From Nymphaea colorata (taxonomy: Eukaryota): a DNA stretch of 64,000 nucleotides. Numbering within the stretch: the stretch's first letter is position 1; each line of letters starts with the position of its first letter. The stretch lies in assembly GCF_008831285.2 (NCBI RefSeq), contig NC_045138.2, forward strand, positions 42,346,001 through 42,410,000. The letters are read 5' to 3'. Under the pieces are notes generated by a model, which searched no databases, was not told the origin of the DNA, and was given only the letters and a program-made list of their open reading frames with translations. A program made the translations under genes and the position numbers. This document shows positions 1 through 13,549 of the stretch, piece after piece.

Positions 1-69
1 GTTAGGAAAACAGAAAATTACATAGAGCATGCTACTAAGAAAGGAAAGAAGGAGAAGAGAATACCTTAC

Positions 70-900
70 CTTGGGTGACCCTAGTAGACCGGCACCCTGG
101 AAATTTATTATGTGTTGTTCAATATTTGACTTGTGAACATGAATCTCATTGTCCCATTACTGAGATGTTTAGATTTGAATTGACTTTTGTTGAAGAAGCA
201 ATAGTTTGGCTTTCCAAGCATGTATATGTTTTGATGATTCAAGGTGATGGATCTACAAGCAAGACTAGATAGCAGCAATAAGATGTTTAACTTGAGGAAG
301 AAGCAATGGCCTCCATACGATGCTAAAACTGGAAGGGCCCATGTTTCTTGAGCTAGGAAACCGAGGCTGTGGCCTGTGAACTACCACTGCTCAATAGCAA
401 ACATTCTGGCCTTGACAAAACAAACCATAGAGGTGTTCACGATACAAAAGTAATGTGATATCATACAAGTGGCAACATGAATTGAGGGAATAACCTAGGC
501 TAACTAAGCATTGATAAATATCCTATCCAAAATCCTAAGTGTACAATCAACGGGATCAGTTGACCATGTGAAAGTTGCACCATGATGTGGAAGGGATTGA
601 AGTTGTCATTTCATTATGAAATCCTAAAAGCTCAGATTGATGAACAACTTGCCAGTGGCCTATTTGAATTTGTTGGGAAGAAGGGATAGCTGAAGTCACT
701 AGCAATGATGTGGGGGTGTTTGCTGCAAAATTTAACTGCTTCACACGTCAATCATTCAATATTTAACTTGATTCCATTTTGACTTATGTGGGATCTCTAA
801 GGAGAAGAGACCCGACATGTCAATATGAGGCTGAAGATTTACAATCATAGAAGCCTTCACATCTCCAGGGGAGATAGAGCTCCAGAGACAGGTCTCTACT
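70..900 (-). mobile_element. Degenerate LINE (L1-like) ORF2 fragment: endonuclease and following region
   Basis: Minus-strand translation gives LQSLPHHGATFTWS...ILDRIFINA (cf. G..FTWSN...RLDR.LVN), then MFAIEQW...ETW...FLKL (cf. FRFE..W...W...KL). Many stops. 1660-2400 may be ORF1 of the same element (weak). Boundaries approximate. Confidence 0.55.
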
Positions 901-1013
901 TGACTGTTGTAACACAATTTCAGTCATGCTGGTGAGGCAATGGCACTAGAGTTTCAAGGCCAGAGCACCTTTCTTTTAATTTGTTCAAGAAATACTATAC
1001 AATTGCTTCTCAG

Positions 1014-1647
1014 CTATGTCACATGGGTGCGGGTGCAGACCAAATTGAAAATCACAGGTACATGAAGGTAGGATTATAAACAAACAAAGAATGTATCATT
1101 CACCATTTTAATCATGATTCATCATTCAAGACAAGTTTGATCTCAAAATTGGATACATTGTTCTAAATTTGAAGAAAGTAAATAAATACTAAGTTCTTTC
1201 ATCCAACAAATGTGTTGTCATTGATTTAGTTCATCAATATCATCGAAATTGGAAGGAATCACACACTCCATATTAGAAGTGGAACAGTGGAGCAGCTAAA
1301 TGGAATAGTGGAGCGTAAGGAGTAGGTAGGGCCGGAAGGCAGTAAGAAGTTTGAGGATTTACCTGACACCGAAAGAAGCTGCAGCACCTGCAACTGGAAT
1401 AGTGGACAACTGCCACTGGGACGGGTGCACAGCTAGAACGAAGGTCTAGAGGAGGTAGGCTACGCCACAGAGGACGAGGGAAGACGAGGGGTCAACCGGC
1501 AGAAGAGTAGGGCGTTGAGGAGGTCAATGCTGACCACATCCAGCGGACGGACACGGGCCTGACACGCTCCATCAGTCGGAGCGGCGGACTACCGTGGCCG
1601 AGTTGACACACACACATTAGTCCGTCGGATGCATCCGTGTTTCTTAG
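1014..1647. mobile_element. Non-autonomous hAT element (relative of the element at 57741)
   Basis: Perfect 8-bp TSD cttctcag (1006-1013, 1648-1655). Imperfect TIRs ctatgtcacatgggtgc...gcatccgtgtttcttag. About 1075-1280 aligns with about 57880-58100. Confidence 0.9.
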
Positions 1648-2389
1648 CTTCTCAGTTGCCCCTGCAAGGGTTTGGAGGGTTTCCTTATACAAGCACCTTC
1701 ATTACATAACTCATAAAGTCGAATGGGTAGCGTAGTGTTTAGATGCCAAACAAGTGTTTTTTGCTCGCCAAGTTTTCTTTGGATAAAGAAGGGTCGATCT
1801 CACCCTTCCCAAGCACGCTTCACTTCCCATATATGCATGCATATTGCATACTAGGGTGGCCTCACTGATTTATTTGTATCCTCCATGGGATCTCGAACAG
1901 TCACTTGAGGTGGTCCATTTTGTGTTGCACACATTCCCCCCTACATGACGTAGATGCTCTGGCACATCTCTCTGGCCCTCGTATCCTCCGCAAGTCCGCA
2001 TATAACATGTCTCTGGTCCAAATCCAATGGATTGATGACATGCCTGCCTTTACAAGCTGATATTTAGCTACTTCGAATTTTACCTTCTTGAGACAGTGCT
2101 ACCTTCGATCGTACACCTTATGCCACATCTTCCTTTCTGAGCACGAGCTTCCTTGCTGGTGCAAATCCAACTAACACAGGAGTTTTGCTGAGATAGGCCA
2201 AGGGCAATTTTGCTGAGTGGCCTAAGTAACAAGACCACAACTTAGGCCTCAGCACACAAAAAAAGGCTTGCTGCGGCCAGGGCTTGGGTGATGTGACAGG
2301 TCTTTCCCACCCACCAAGGTCAACATTCCTATTGAATCGGCCAGGTAGCACTGAACCTACTACTCGAACTGCCAGAGGGGGCTATCTGA

Positions 2390-3645
2390 GGTGCGCACTT
2401 TCAATAGAAGCAAAACTTAATTGGTTTTTGTATCAAATGGATGCATTTAATCTGTTTATTCATGCAGAGTTACAAGAAGACATATATATGGCTCTCCCAC
2501 AAGGATATGGAAGTGAAAGGGACAAGAGGATTTGCAAGCTTAAATGTCTCTGTATGGTCTGAACCAAACACTAATAAATTTATTCTCAAAAGTCTCATAA
2601 GCATTTCTATCTTATGGCTTCAAACAATCCAAGCCATTACTGACTGTTTACTATCACTAGAGATAGCAAGTTTATGGTAGTCTTAGTATCTGTACATCAT
2701 CTAATTATTTCAGGAAGTAATAAAGATCTGGCATTCACTAAGTTCAAAGGTTATCTCAACAATGCTTACCACATGAATGTTTTAGTAATTTGGAATATTT
2801 TTTAGGCTTTTAATGAGTAAGATTGCAACAAGGTATGCATTTGTCTAAGCACAAACATAGATATTCTTGACGAGACTGGGCTGCCAAATGCAAACTGCAT
2901 GTGACACCCATGGAATATTTTCGAACTTTTACAAAAAGAGAAGAAGAACTCTTACAAGATCCATCTCAGTATTTGCATTTGGTGAAAAGGCTCATTTATG
3001 CAACCATAATCCATCCAGAGTTAATCTTTATGGTACATGTTTTGAGAAGGAATGCACAAAATCCAAGAAATATGCACTATGAAGGTGCTCTAAGAGTCAT
3101 AAGATATTTAGAAAATAATCCAGGCAAGGGATTTTACTATATTCAAATAATACATTTCAGCTAGATGTCTTTTCTGATGTAGATGGGGCTGCTTGCAAAC
3201 AAATGAGAAGGTCTATCTCTAGATACTATGCAGTCCTAGGAAGAAATCAAGTGTCTTCAAAGACAAGAAAGCAGAATACTTTATCAAGATCCTCTATAGA
3301 AGCAGAGTTTCATGCTATGGCAAACACTGTGTGAGAGAATTTGGTTAAATTTGTTGCTAGCAAATCTTAAAGTGTTGCATTCATTTCTGGCAAAGCTCTA
3401 TTGTGATAATCAAGTTCTCTTACATATAGTAGCTAATCCAGTGTTCCATGAATGAAGAAAGCACATTGAAATAGATTGCCATATTGTATGTGATTTGCAT
3501 AAAAATAAGAGTAATCCATACTGCTTACTTCTCTTCCAAAGAACAGGCAGCAGATGTGTTTGCTAAAACTACGAAGGAAGTTTGATTTTTATATCTAAAG
3601 TTCAAACTCGGTGTGAAAGATTTGGATGCTTCAGTTTGAGGGGAA
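2390..3645 (+). mobile_element. Ty1/copia RT-RNase H relic ending in PPT; probable 3' LTR from 3646
   Basis: NWFLYQMDAFNLFIHAELQEDIYMALPQG; KQNTLSRSSIEAEFHAMA; KHIEIDCH; PPT gaggggaa followed by TG at 3646. Confidence 0.85.
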
Positions 3646-4711
3646 TGTACAGGTTTGATCAATATTATTAGTTAGAGATTCTATTTTTGTATTTGATATT
3701 TTTTCTATTGTAAGAGATAGCATTTTGTTATGTAGATAGTGGACTACTTGTAATGACCCTGAGGTGATTAGGATAATGGTTTTTCTGATGCTTCTATAAT
3801 TCCTTTACAAAGTCAATATATATGCGATTAAAAGAAAGAGTAGTGTGCCTTCCTTCTTCATTAAATTCTGTTACTTTGTAAAGCATACTCTGTTCTCTGC
3901 GTGATACCTTGTTCTTGCACAGTGCCCTTCCTCTGTTCTACCTATTCATTACAGCACAGACCGTCGCATTTCTGCTAAGTCTACAGCTTTTTGGCAGAAA
4001 TTGATCATGAGTGGATTCATTTGACTTGTTTCTATTAGGTGGTAACCATAGTTTCGGTGTTCGTGGCCACTGTTGCCCTTTCTTACAATCAAAGAGAAAG
4101 AAGAGGAAGACGGAGGGATAATTTTTTTAAGTTTTTAAAAAAATTATATTGTAGACCAAAAAGTTTAAAGGATAAAGCTCTAGATTGGGCTCCATCGTAG
4201 GAAGATCTTTAATTTCATGCTAAATACATATCTGAGGTCCAGCTGAGATCATATCATCATCACTTTTGCCAATCACGTGATAACTTGTACACTGAATCTG
4301 GTTCTACGAACTCTTCAATCTACTGACATGACTACGTTAACAACTGCAATGAAGAAGTTCAGTGGCGGGGCAACGAGTGAAGCATATCGTAACAACCTGA
4401 TGTGTGTACTTGGTAGGGTTAATTCAGACAAAGGAGGGAGGGTGAGTTGTAAAATCATCTATTTTGGCAGATTAAACTAATGTGATACTGATGATGACCC
4501 TGTCGAGAAAATTTAACTGAAAAAAGAAGACAGAGATAACCGAGAAATGCCAGAAATAATTGACGATATAGTTTCACTTTTCATGAACTGACTGTTGAAA
4601 TCATGAAATCATCCAAAGTTCCAAAGTAACGTGCGGGGGCTTTTTCACGATTCCCCTCCCTTTCATTGGGATAGCCTGTGACCAAACCCAGCCCTGGCCC
4701 CCACCATGAAG

Positions 4712-4939
4712 GTTCAATCGGAGGCCCAGCCCTGCCGATAATAAAAAAGTATGTAAATTTGGTGGCCCAGGCCGGCCCGGTTTAATTATTTTAAAAAATT
4801 TAATATATATATATATATATTAATATATATTTACATATATATATATATATGTATAAAAATATATATATACATCGGGCTCAAGCCTGGGCCCAGACCTGGC
4901 CTGATTTCATCATGGCCCCCGGCTCGATGCCCACCCTTA
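4712..4939. mobile_element. Probable hAT-type MITE remnant with GGCCC motifs and (TA)n core
   Basis: Right end gatgcccaccctta (TAGGGGTG-type TIR). Near-TSD ccatgaag (4704-4711) / ctatgaag (4940-4947). Left TIR not recognisable. Confidence 0.45.
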
Positions 4940-6947
4940 CTATGAAGGCACCACCATGGAGACCTGTGCTTCCCCACAGAGATGTTGGGGAACCCAAGCA
5001 GATGAATCAGACCCAGTTGACAAGTAGGTTGTAAGACCCCGCAGCCCTTCCAGATCCAAGAATGCATAACAAAAGGTGGTCACCGAGACACACCTCCAAG
5101 AAACTGTACATGTACATTAGTTTGTACAGGGGATGTTCCCATAGAAAACAATAGAAGTTTAGGGTAGATCTTTTCTCCTTGCCGATGGGTGGTGCCCACA
5201 TAATGCTCGGTATTCAGTGGTTGATGCGACTAGGCAAGGTTGATTGGGATTTTAAAAAAACATGCACGACCTTTCAAGGGCCTCACCATGGCAAGGTGGT
5301 TTTCAAAACCCAGCAAATGTCAGCGAAGGGAGAGGGAAATAGAAACTTTCAAAGGTCGCATGAACAGAGGGAAATGTGCATTTGTTATTGATGTATGTTA
5401 AGCCTAGCAACAAATCGAAGCCTCAAAGAAGAACGAGGGGGAAATTCCTACTTCTTTGAAGCATGTACTGGACCAGTATGCAGATGTCTTCCAGATGGCA
5501 ATAGGCATCCTGCCGCCAGGTCCTATGACCACACGATACAAATTCATCCTGGCAGCACGCCAGTCAAGCTGAGGGTCTACCACTATAGCCATCTCCAAAA
5601 GGCAGAAATTGAAAACTTGGTGTGTGAAATGCTACATGATGGCATTATCCAACCTAGTGTGAGACCCTACTCATTGCCTGCCTTGTCAGTCAAGAAGAAG
5701 GATGGAACGTGGAGGTTTTGTTTGGATTTCAGAGCATTGAATGACATAATAGTAAAAAACAGGTATTCCATCCCATTAATAGAGGATTTGATAGATGAGC
5801 TGAGTGGAACCATCATTTTTTTCAAGCTGGACTTACGATCACGATACCACCAAGTAAGGGTCGTCTGAGAGGACGCACCAAAGTCCACATTTCAAGTTTA
5901 TGAAGGGCACTACGAGTTCAAGGTATGCCCTTTGGGCTGACAATTGCCCCAGCCACCTTTCAGCCCTAATGAATGACATTTTTTCAAAATGCTTATACAA
6001 ATTTGTTTTAGCATTTTTTGATATCTTAATATACAGCAGCAGCAACGAAACACATGTGGGGAGTTTGGAAATAGTCGTTAAGGTGCTGAGAGACCACTAG
6101 CTATTTGCGAAGAGAACTAAATTCTTATTTGGCAGCTCTCAAGTCACCTATTGGGGCACATGATAGACAACACTGGGGTAAGGATGGAGGATGACAAGGT
6201 GAGAGCTGTAAAGTGCTGGCCGATGCCTAAAAATGCTAAGGATGTGAGGGCCTTCCTAAGACTGCCAGGCTATTGCCACAAGTTTGTGAAGGGCTTTGGA
6301 GAAATTGCTGCGTCTTTGACTGATTTGTTGAAGAATGGCAATGGGCTCTGGACAAAAGGTAGCAGCAAGGCTTTTGAGAGACTGAAATAGGTAGTGACTA
6401 TTGCTCCATGCTAGCTCTCCCTAACTTTAGGACTCAGTTCACCCTGGAGACCAATGCATCTGAAGTGGGCATTGGATCAGTGCTGAGTCAAAACCAGCAG
6501 CCCATCGCATACTTTAGTAAGGTTATGGGCAGAATATTCATGGCACACTTAGCCTATGAACGTGAACTGATTGTCGTAGTACACATAGTTCATAAGTGGA
6601 GACAATATCTTTTAGGACAGAAATATTTTTAGTTTTAACTGACCATAATAGCTTGTGTTTTTGTATGCAGCACAAGGACTCACACCTACACAATAAAAAT
6701 GGGTTATGAAACTCATGGTATATGAATTTGAGATCCACAAAAGGGAGCCAACTACAAAGCTGTTGACACACTATCTCGAAGATTAGAGAGTGACAGAGTA
6801 GAAGAAAGTAGCTTGCCTCAGTTACAGGCTTTCATTAGACCTACAACTGCATTCTGGACTCAGCTAGAAGAAGTGCACAAGCAGTCCCAAAAGGTACACA
6901 AGATCAGACAGAAAATTAAGAGTAGTTCAGTTCAGATTTATGGGTAT

Positions 6948-7355
6948 TGCAAAACCTCACGCTAGAGAGAAGAAAATGAGTAAGGAAGGAGATGACAGTA
7001 TTTTAATGTGGTTTGACTTATTAGTCTACGTCCAGGAAGAGAAAGGTCTCTCTCTTATTAATTTTCACATGAGGAGAGATTTCATTTATACTTAATTCAT
7101 ATGTTCATCAATCCAACATATCTTGGGATTTGATTGATTTACAAGATCCTGCGTTTTTTCCTTTTCTGACATAGTTGCTATTCTAGAATCATCATTATCA
7201 TAATCTCTTTTAGCTATAATCTTGGATCTGATATTGTTGGCCTGAGCATTATTTCCTCTAGCGTGATCTCCTCTAGTTGTATGGACGTTACTCCCTCCAG
7301 CAACAATCTTGGACTGATAACATTGTTGCTGATTATATCATGATCTGGTTTATTA
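6948..7355 (-). repeat. 3' LTR of copia 6948-12224
   Basis: Direct repeat of 11824-12224; adjoins PPT complement tcccccctc. Confidence 0.95.
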
Positions 7356-10300
7356 TCCCCCCTCAAGATGAACGCTCATGAAAGAGCGTTGAACTTGAAA
7401 TGGAGGTTATCAAAGGCAGTTGGAGGCAGCGGTTTTGTGAGAATGTCAGCCAGCTGATCAGCACTAGGAATTTAATGTACTGTGAGATGATTCTTGGCAA
7501 TGTGATCTTGAACAAAATGGACGTCGATCTCAATGTGCTTGCTTCAATTATGAAAGACAGGATTGGTAGAGAGAGAGGCAGCACTAATGTTATCACACCA
7601 TAGATGAGGAACATGCGGCGTAGTGATGTTTAATTCTTGTAGTAAAAATGTGAGCCATAAAACTTCAAATGAACAGGATGCGAGAGCCTGATATTCAGCT
7701 TCCATGCTGGATCGAGCTACAATAGCCTATTTGTGAGCAGACCATGAGATAAGAGATGAACCCATAAAAATGGAAAATCCTCCAGTAGACTTTCGATCAT
7801 CAATATTTCCGGCCCAATCGGCATTTGTGTAAGCATCAATCTGAAAATTGCTAGCTGGTTTTAAAAGAAGACCACAAGAGAGCATCGCCTTAACATAACA
7901 TAAAATGCGTTTGACCACAGTCAGGTGAATAGTGGTAGGATGCTGCATATATTGACAAACTTTGTTAACAACAAAGGAGAGATCCGGCCGTGTAAGTGTA
8001 ATATATTGGAGGGCTCCAACAAGTTGCCGATAAGGAGTGGGATCTGGTAAGGGCTCCCCTGCATCTTTGGACAGCTTAACGGTGGTCAACATGGGCGTTG
8101 AATGTGGTTTGGCATCAACCATATTTGCTTTTTGGAAAAGGTCAATCATATATTTTTCTTGAGATAAAAAGAGACCTTTGGGCAAGAACGTTGCTTGGAT
8201 GCCTAGAAAATAATGTAAAAGACCGAGGTCTTTGATGCCAAATTCCTGATTAAGGGTATGGATAAGAGACTGAATCATAGTATTATGATTGCCTATAATA
8301 ATGATGTCATCAACATAGATCAGGATATATAATTGTGAGCCTTGCTGCAGCTGCTTGAAGAACGAGGGATCCGCTTTAGAACCAACAAAACCCAGTGAGA
8401 CCAAGAAGGTAGTAAGCTGATGAAACCAGACACGAGGAGATTGTTTTAAACCATAGATGGCCTTATGCAACTAGAAAACATGATGTGAAAAGCGGTCATC
8501 AATAAAACCCGGGGGCTGAGCCATATACACCTTTTTAGTGAGAACACCATGAAGGAAAGCATTGTGAACATCAAGTTGGCAAAACGGGGCTCTCAAACAT
8601 CCGTCTTTGACTACTCAACCATCGAAAGAAGGACGAATAGTAGAATAGGGCACATGTTGCTGAAGGTGGGGCGATTCCGAACCTACCTTGGTCATCCAAT
8701 TTGAGGTGATGGCAATCATGAGAAGAATGCATATAGAGGTATGTTTGACTACTGGGCTGAAGGTTTCAAAGTAGTCAATAGTGTGTTCTTGAGTATAACC
8801 CTTGGCAACTAAGCGAGCCTTGTAGCGTTCAAGTGTACCATCAGCCTTTTGATATGAAAAACCCATTTGGAACCAACAATATTAGCAGAGAGAGGCAGTG
8901 GGACAAGAGTCCATGTAAGATTGTTGTTGAGAGCTGCAAGTTCGGCTTTCATAGTATGAACCCATTGAGTATGTTTCAAGGTTTGGGACACGGTATGAGG
9001 TTCAGTTTCAAGGTTGAGATGGGTGAGATGAATTTCAGGGAGATGGTACTTGGAAACGGTGTAGTTTTGGGCTTGAGAGAGCCGGTTTGAAACCGAGTGA
9101 GCATGGAATGGGATCTATGTGGGTTTGAAAGTGCCGGAGGTGGTGGAGGAATGGAGAATGTTTTATGTTCATGTTGCGTATCTTGGGTAGGAGAGATGGT
9201 GGGAGAAGGGGAAGGAATAGGGGACGTTGGTTGGGTTGAGAGATCGGGTGTGAGAGGTGGATGTGACATGATTTGGGTTGGGGCATGATTTTGTGATAGG
9301 TTTCGGGAAGCTTATTTGGTGAAGGTGGGGCTGTTGACTTTATTCATAAGAAGTTTGCTCGTATCCTGATCGAAGCAAATATATCTTTTGTGCATGTTGT
9401 TGTAATCAAGAAAAACATGTTGCATGCTGCGAAACTGTAATTTGTGAGAGTTGAAATCATGTAGACATGGATAGCAAGCACATCCAAAAACCTTTAAAAA
9501 TTTATAATCCAAAGAGTTTTTTATCAAAACATGATATGGTGACTGTATTTTAAGAACCTGTGTTGGCATTCTATTGATCAAGAAGATAGTAGTTCTAAAA
9601 GCAAAATCCCAATATTTGTAGGGTAAGTTGGCATGTGCATGAAGTGTTAATCTGATGTCAATTATATGCCTTTGTTTGCTTTCTATGCTGCCATTTGCTG
9701 ATGCGCATGATGATAAGCAACTCTGTGAACAATACCAATCTGTTTTAGGTAGGTAGAGATAGTTTGATATTCTCTTCCCCAGTCGCTTTGAACTGCCTTG
9801 ATTTTTCCATCAAATTTCGTTCTACCATAACTTGAAACGTTTTAAAGACGGAAAGAACATCTGATCTATTTTTAATAATGTATATTCAAGAAAAATGAGA
9901 ATGCATCTACAAAAATTAAATCAAGTGGAGCATCAATCTTAAAAGGAAGAGCATGACTTTTCCCTCTTTGACAAGCATCACATATCTTATTATAAGACTT
10001 GCTGTCAATAGGTAAAGCAAATTTATTTAAAACATGCATCACAGTTGTAAAATTAGGATGTCCCATTCGATTATGCCAATCATCAACCGGGACCCATTCT
10101 CCAACAAGTGTTGTTTTCTAATGAGCTGCATATTGTTCTAACTTTAGTTGGTATAAGCCTCCTTTATTTGCTCCCTCCAGAAGTTTCTCTCTTGTTGTCT
10201 GATTCTTAACATAGCAACAATTTGCGTCAAATTCAAACACAACATCATTGTCATGAGCAAATTTATGCACAAATAGTAGATTTTTTGAAATAGTAGGAAC

Positions 10301-11823
10301 ATGCAGCACGTTATTTATAAGAAATTTTGAATTCGAACTGTAGAGAGAAGCATTACCAACATTCTTGATTTGAAGGCGAGTACCATTTCCAACTCTCAAT
10401 TGATCCTTCTCTTGATACTCTGAGTGAACAGAAAGTTTATTCAGATCAGCAATCACATGATGAGTAGTGACGGTGTCTTTATACCAAAATCCATCATCGG
10501 TTTGAGGTGTAATTTCCATGTGATATGGTTTTGGGGACAATGATTCCTTTTGGAACTTATATAATTTGCAATGCAATGCACCATGTCCGAATTTCCTGCA
10601 AGCTTGACATATAGTTTGACATTGAGAAGCAAAATGTTTGTGGTTACTACAAGCATAGCAGTTGACAGATTTATCTGAGGATGATGTCCTGGATGCCCTC
10701 TTTGTTGCTCAATCTTTCCACGATAGTGATGATTCTTGAAGTTTTGTCGCTGCACTATATAGGCAAAAGGATCTTCAAAATTTGTAGGTTTTGATATTTC
10801 AGATTCTTGAATAAAAAGCAGAGAATATAACTCCTCTAGATTTATAGGGTCAACATGAGTGTGCAAGGAGATTTTTAGAGTGCCATATTCCTCAGCGGGA
10901 AGGCCAGAAAGAATGTTCATAACCAGATCTTCTTCATCAACTGGTTTGGAGGCCATAGCTAATTGGTGAGTTATGCCTTTGGCTTTATGAAAATAAGGTG
11001 TTATGGATTCAGTTCCCTTTTTCAGGTTTTGCAGGGTAGATTTTAGTTGCGGCACTTTTGCTCTAGACTGAGCCGCTCGGCTATTTGATGAATCAAGGCC
11101 TACGACTTGATTATGCATGACTTCACTTAGAGATGAGATGATCCAACTTAGTAGAAGTTGGTCACCTCGATGTCATTCCAAAAAGGCTGGATTTAAAACA
11201 GTCCCTTTTCCATCTTCACTAGGCAAAAACTCATCTGGACACTTGAACGACTCATCAATATACCCGATCATATTATAACTTTTGAGCACCAGAACAAATT
11301 GAGATTCCCAAAGTAAATTTCGGAAGACAATTTTATAGACAAGAAACGCTGGAGACATGTTGGAGTAGGTATGATGGAAGAGGTCAGACCTGAAAATGGC
11401 AAATTCCTGATGTCTGATCTAGATTTTGGTGATGCCACAGCCGTACTATAAGAGTTGCCATTTAGTGGTTGAGATGCTTGTGGTGAAAAAGCTTTAGTGG
11501 AGACAACACCAAGAGAGGTGACAAACAGAAACACAGGCAATTTTCTGCTTCAGATGTTGTTCAGGATTGCCCGACTCGCAGAATTTTAAAAATTCAAGGC
11601 CAGCCCCGATTCTGATGAAAATTGGACAGTAGCACGTTATCCTAGTGAGGAGTGGATGCCCCAAATTTCATCTTCAATCGATCACTAGGGATGAAACACG
11701 TGAGAGATTTGGTCCACTGTCTCCTGCGATTTGTTGTTCTTCATGGGTGGCTCTCTGTTTCACAGCAACTTGATCTCCCTCGATCGATATAGCCCTAGTT
11801 GATCAACAACAGGTCTGATACCA

Positions 11824-12224
11824 TGCAAAACCTCACGCTAGAGAGAAGAAAATGAGTAAAGAAGGAGACGACAGTATTTTAACGTGGTTTGACTTGTTAG
11901 TCTACGTCCACGAAGAGAAAGGTCTCTCTCTTATTAATTTTCACAAGAGGAGAGATTTCATTTATACTTAATTCATATGTTCCTCAATCCCACATATCTT
12001 GGGATTTGTTGATTGACAAGATCCTGCGTTTTTCCCTTTTCTAAGATAGTTGCCATTCCAAATCAACATTATCATAATCTCTTTTAGCTATAAACTTGGA
12101 TCTGATAATGTTGGCCTGAGCGTTATTTCCTCCAACGTGATCTCCTCCAATTGTATGGAGGTTACTCCCTCTAGTGATACTCTTGGAGCTGATAATGTTG
12201 TTGTTGATTATATCTGGTTTATTA
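11824..12224 (-). repeat. 5' LTR of copia 6948-12224
   Basis: Direct repeat of 6948-7355; adjoins PBS. Confidence 0.95.
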
Positions 12225-13549
12225 GGTATCAATGGAAGAAACCCTATCTCTACTTCTAAAATAGGGTGTACATTCGCCCTAAATCGAAAATAATCTCCAC
12301 TCTTGAGCAGTTTCGCGCGACAGTGGAGGCAGAACGCCAAGGGGTGGAAGGGACCTATCAAAGAATTTGAAGACCATTCTTTTGGCCTAGCGTGAAATGA
12401 GATGTGAGAAGCTGTAAATATGAGACGTTAAAACTAGTGGGACTGCTCCAGCCTCTGTCCATTCCAAATAGAAAAGTCAATAGGCAAACTAGTGATTCTT
12501 GTGGTGGTTGTCCGATTGTCAAAGTACGAGCATTTTATAGCCCTAGCTAAACCTTATTTAGCAAAAGATGTTGCATCCAAGACCATGCCTACAAGCTCCA
12601 CTGAATGCCTAAATCCATTGTGAACGGCTGAGACCCATTGTTTTTGAGCCACTTTTGCCAGCAGTGCTTTGCATTGCAAGGCACGAAGTTGAAGTTGAGC
12701 ACAACATACCTTCCTCAATGGATGGCCAAATGAAGGTCCTCAATCGGTTTCTAGAGACCTATCTATGATGTTACACTAAGCATCAACCAGACAATTGGGT
12801 CAATCATCTCTCTTGGATTGAATTTTCATACAATACTGCCCGCCAATCAGCTATTAAACATCACCTTTCAAACTGGTCTATGGTAGACCTCCACTAGACT
12901 TGAGAAGGTTCTACCCTCAATCTGACCAGTTGGATGAGGTTGAGGTGTAGTAACTCAGCCATGACCATGTGTTGGACATCATAAGGTCACGCTTGGCCAT
13001 AGCCCAAGACTGCATGAGTCCGCAATATAATAAGGGACACCAAGAGAAGGAGTATGAAGTGGGATAGTGGGTATTAAGAACTTTTTCAGTTGGGAAGGTT
13101 CTGCAAAAATCAGCAAGGATCTATAAATTTACTATTCATTATTCAAGACCTTATCAAGTGCTGCAGTGAATAGGAAGAGTTGCCTATAAACTTCAACTGT
13201 CGGTATAATTAACTATACACTTAGTCTTCCATGTATCGAGGTTGAAGCCTCATTTCAGCATAAACTCACTGACCATGGGTGGTCCATTTCCCAAACCTCA
13301 ACAAGAGGAATCAGCCCCTTTCCACATACTGAGACAAAGAATAGTTAAGACGGCAAGGAAACTTCATAAACAATGGTTGATAGAATGGCAAGGTGAAGCA
13401 GCAGCTGAACCCACCTGGTAAGACTCAAACTGGATCCAGCAGCATTTTCCAACATTCCCACCTTGCGAACAAGGTGTTACTTGAGAGGGAATCTGTAAAA
13501 CAATAACTTATTTGGAAAATGTATCGCTCATCTATGTTCTACCTCAACA

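Larger units (their letters stand above)
6948..12224 (-). mobile_element. Full-length degenerate Ty1/copia element with TA...CA LTRs
   Basis: LTRs 6948-7355 and 11824-12224. TSD ggtat (6943-6947, 12225-12229). PBS(Met) tggtatcagacc at 11812-11823 (-). PPT beside 7356. gag/PR/INT/RT fragments (LIYVDDII, ADWAGNIDDRKSTGG). Confidence 0.95.
4950..13540 (+). mobile_element. Ty3/gypsy chromovirus-type relic (PR-RT-RH-INT-chromodomain), interrupted by copia 6948-12224
   Basis: Protease region MLGIQWLMRLG; RT VKKKDGTWRFCLDFRALN...FFKLDLRSRYHQVR; RH LETNASEVGIGSVLSQ...YERE; integrase fragments 12230-13250; chromodomain WLIEWQGEAAAEPTW; PPT gagagggaa then TG at 13494. Many stops and frameshifts. Outer boundaries approximate. 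Confidence 0.9.

Noticed and set aside
1880..2330. Plus-strand Tat/Ogre RNase H-like motif (HIP...DALAHL)
   Set aside because: Needs frameshifts. A minus-strand LINE ORF1 reading fits the adjacent ORF2 better, and neither is secure.
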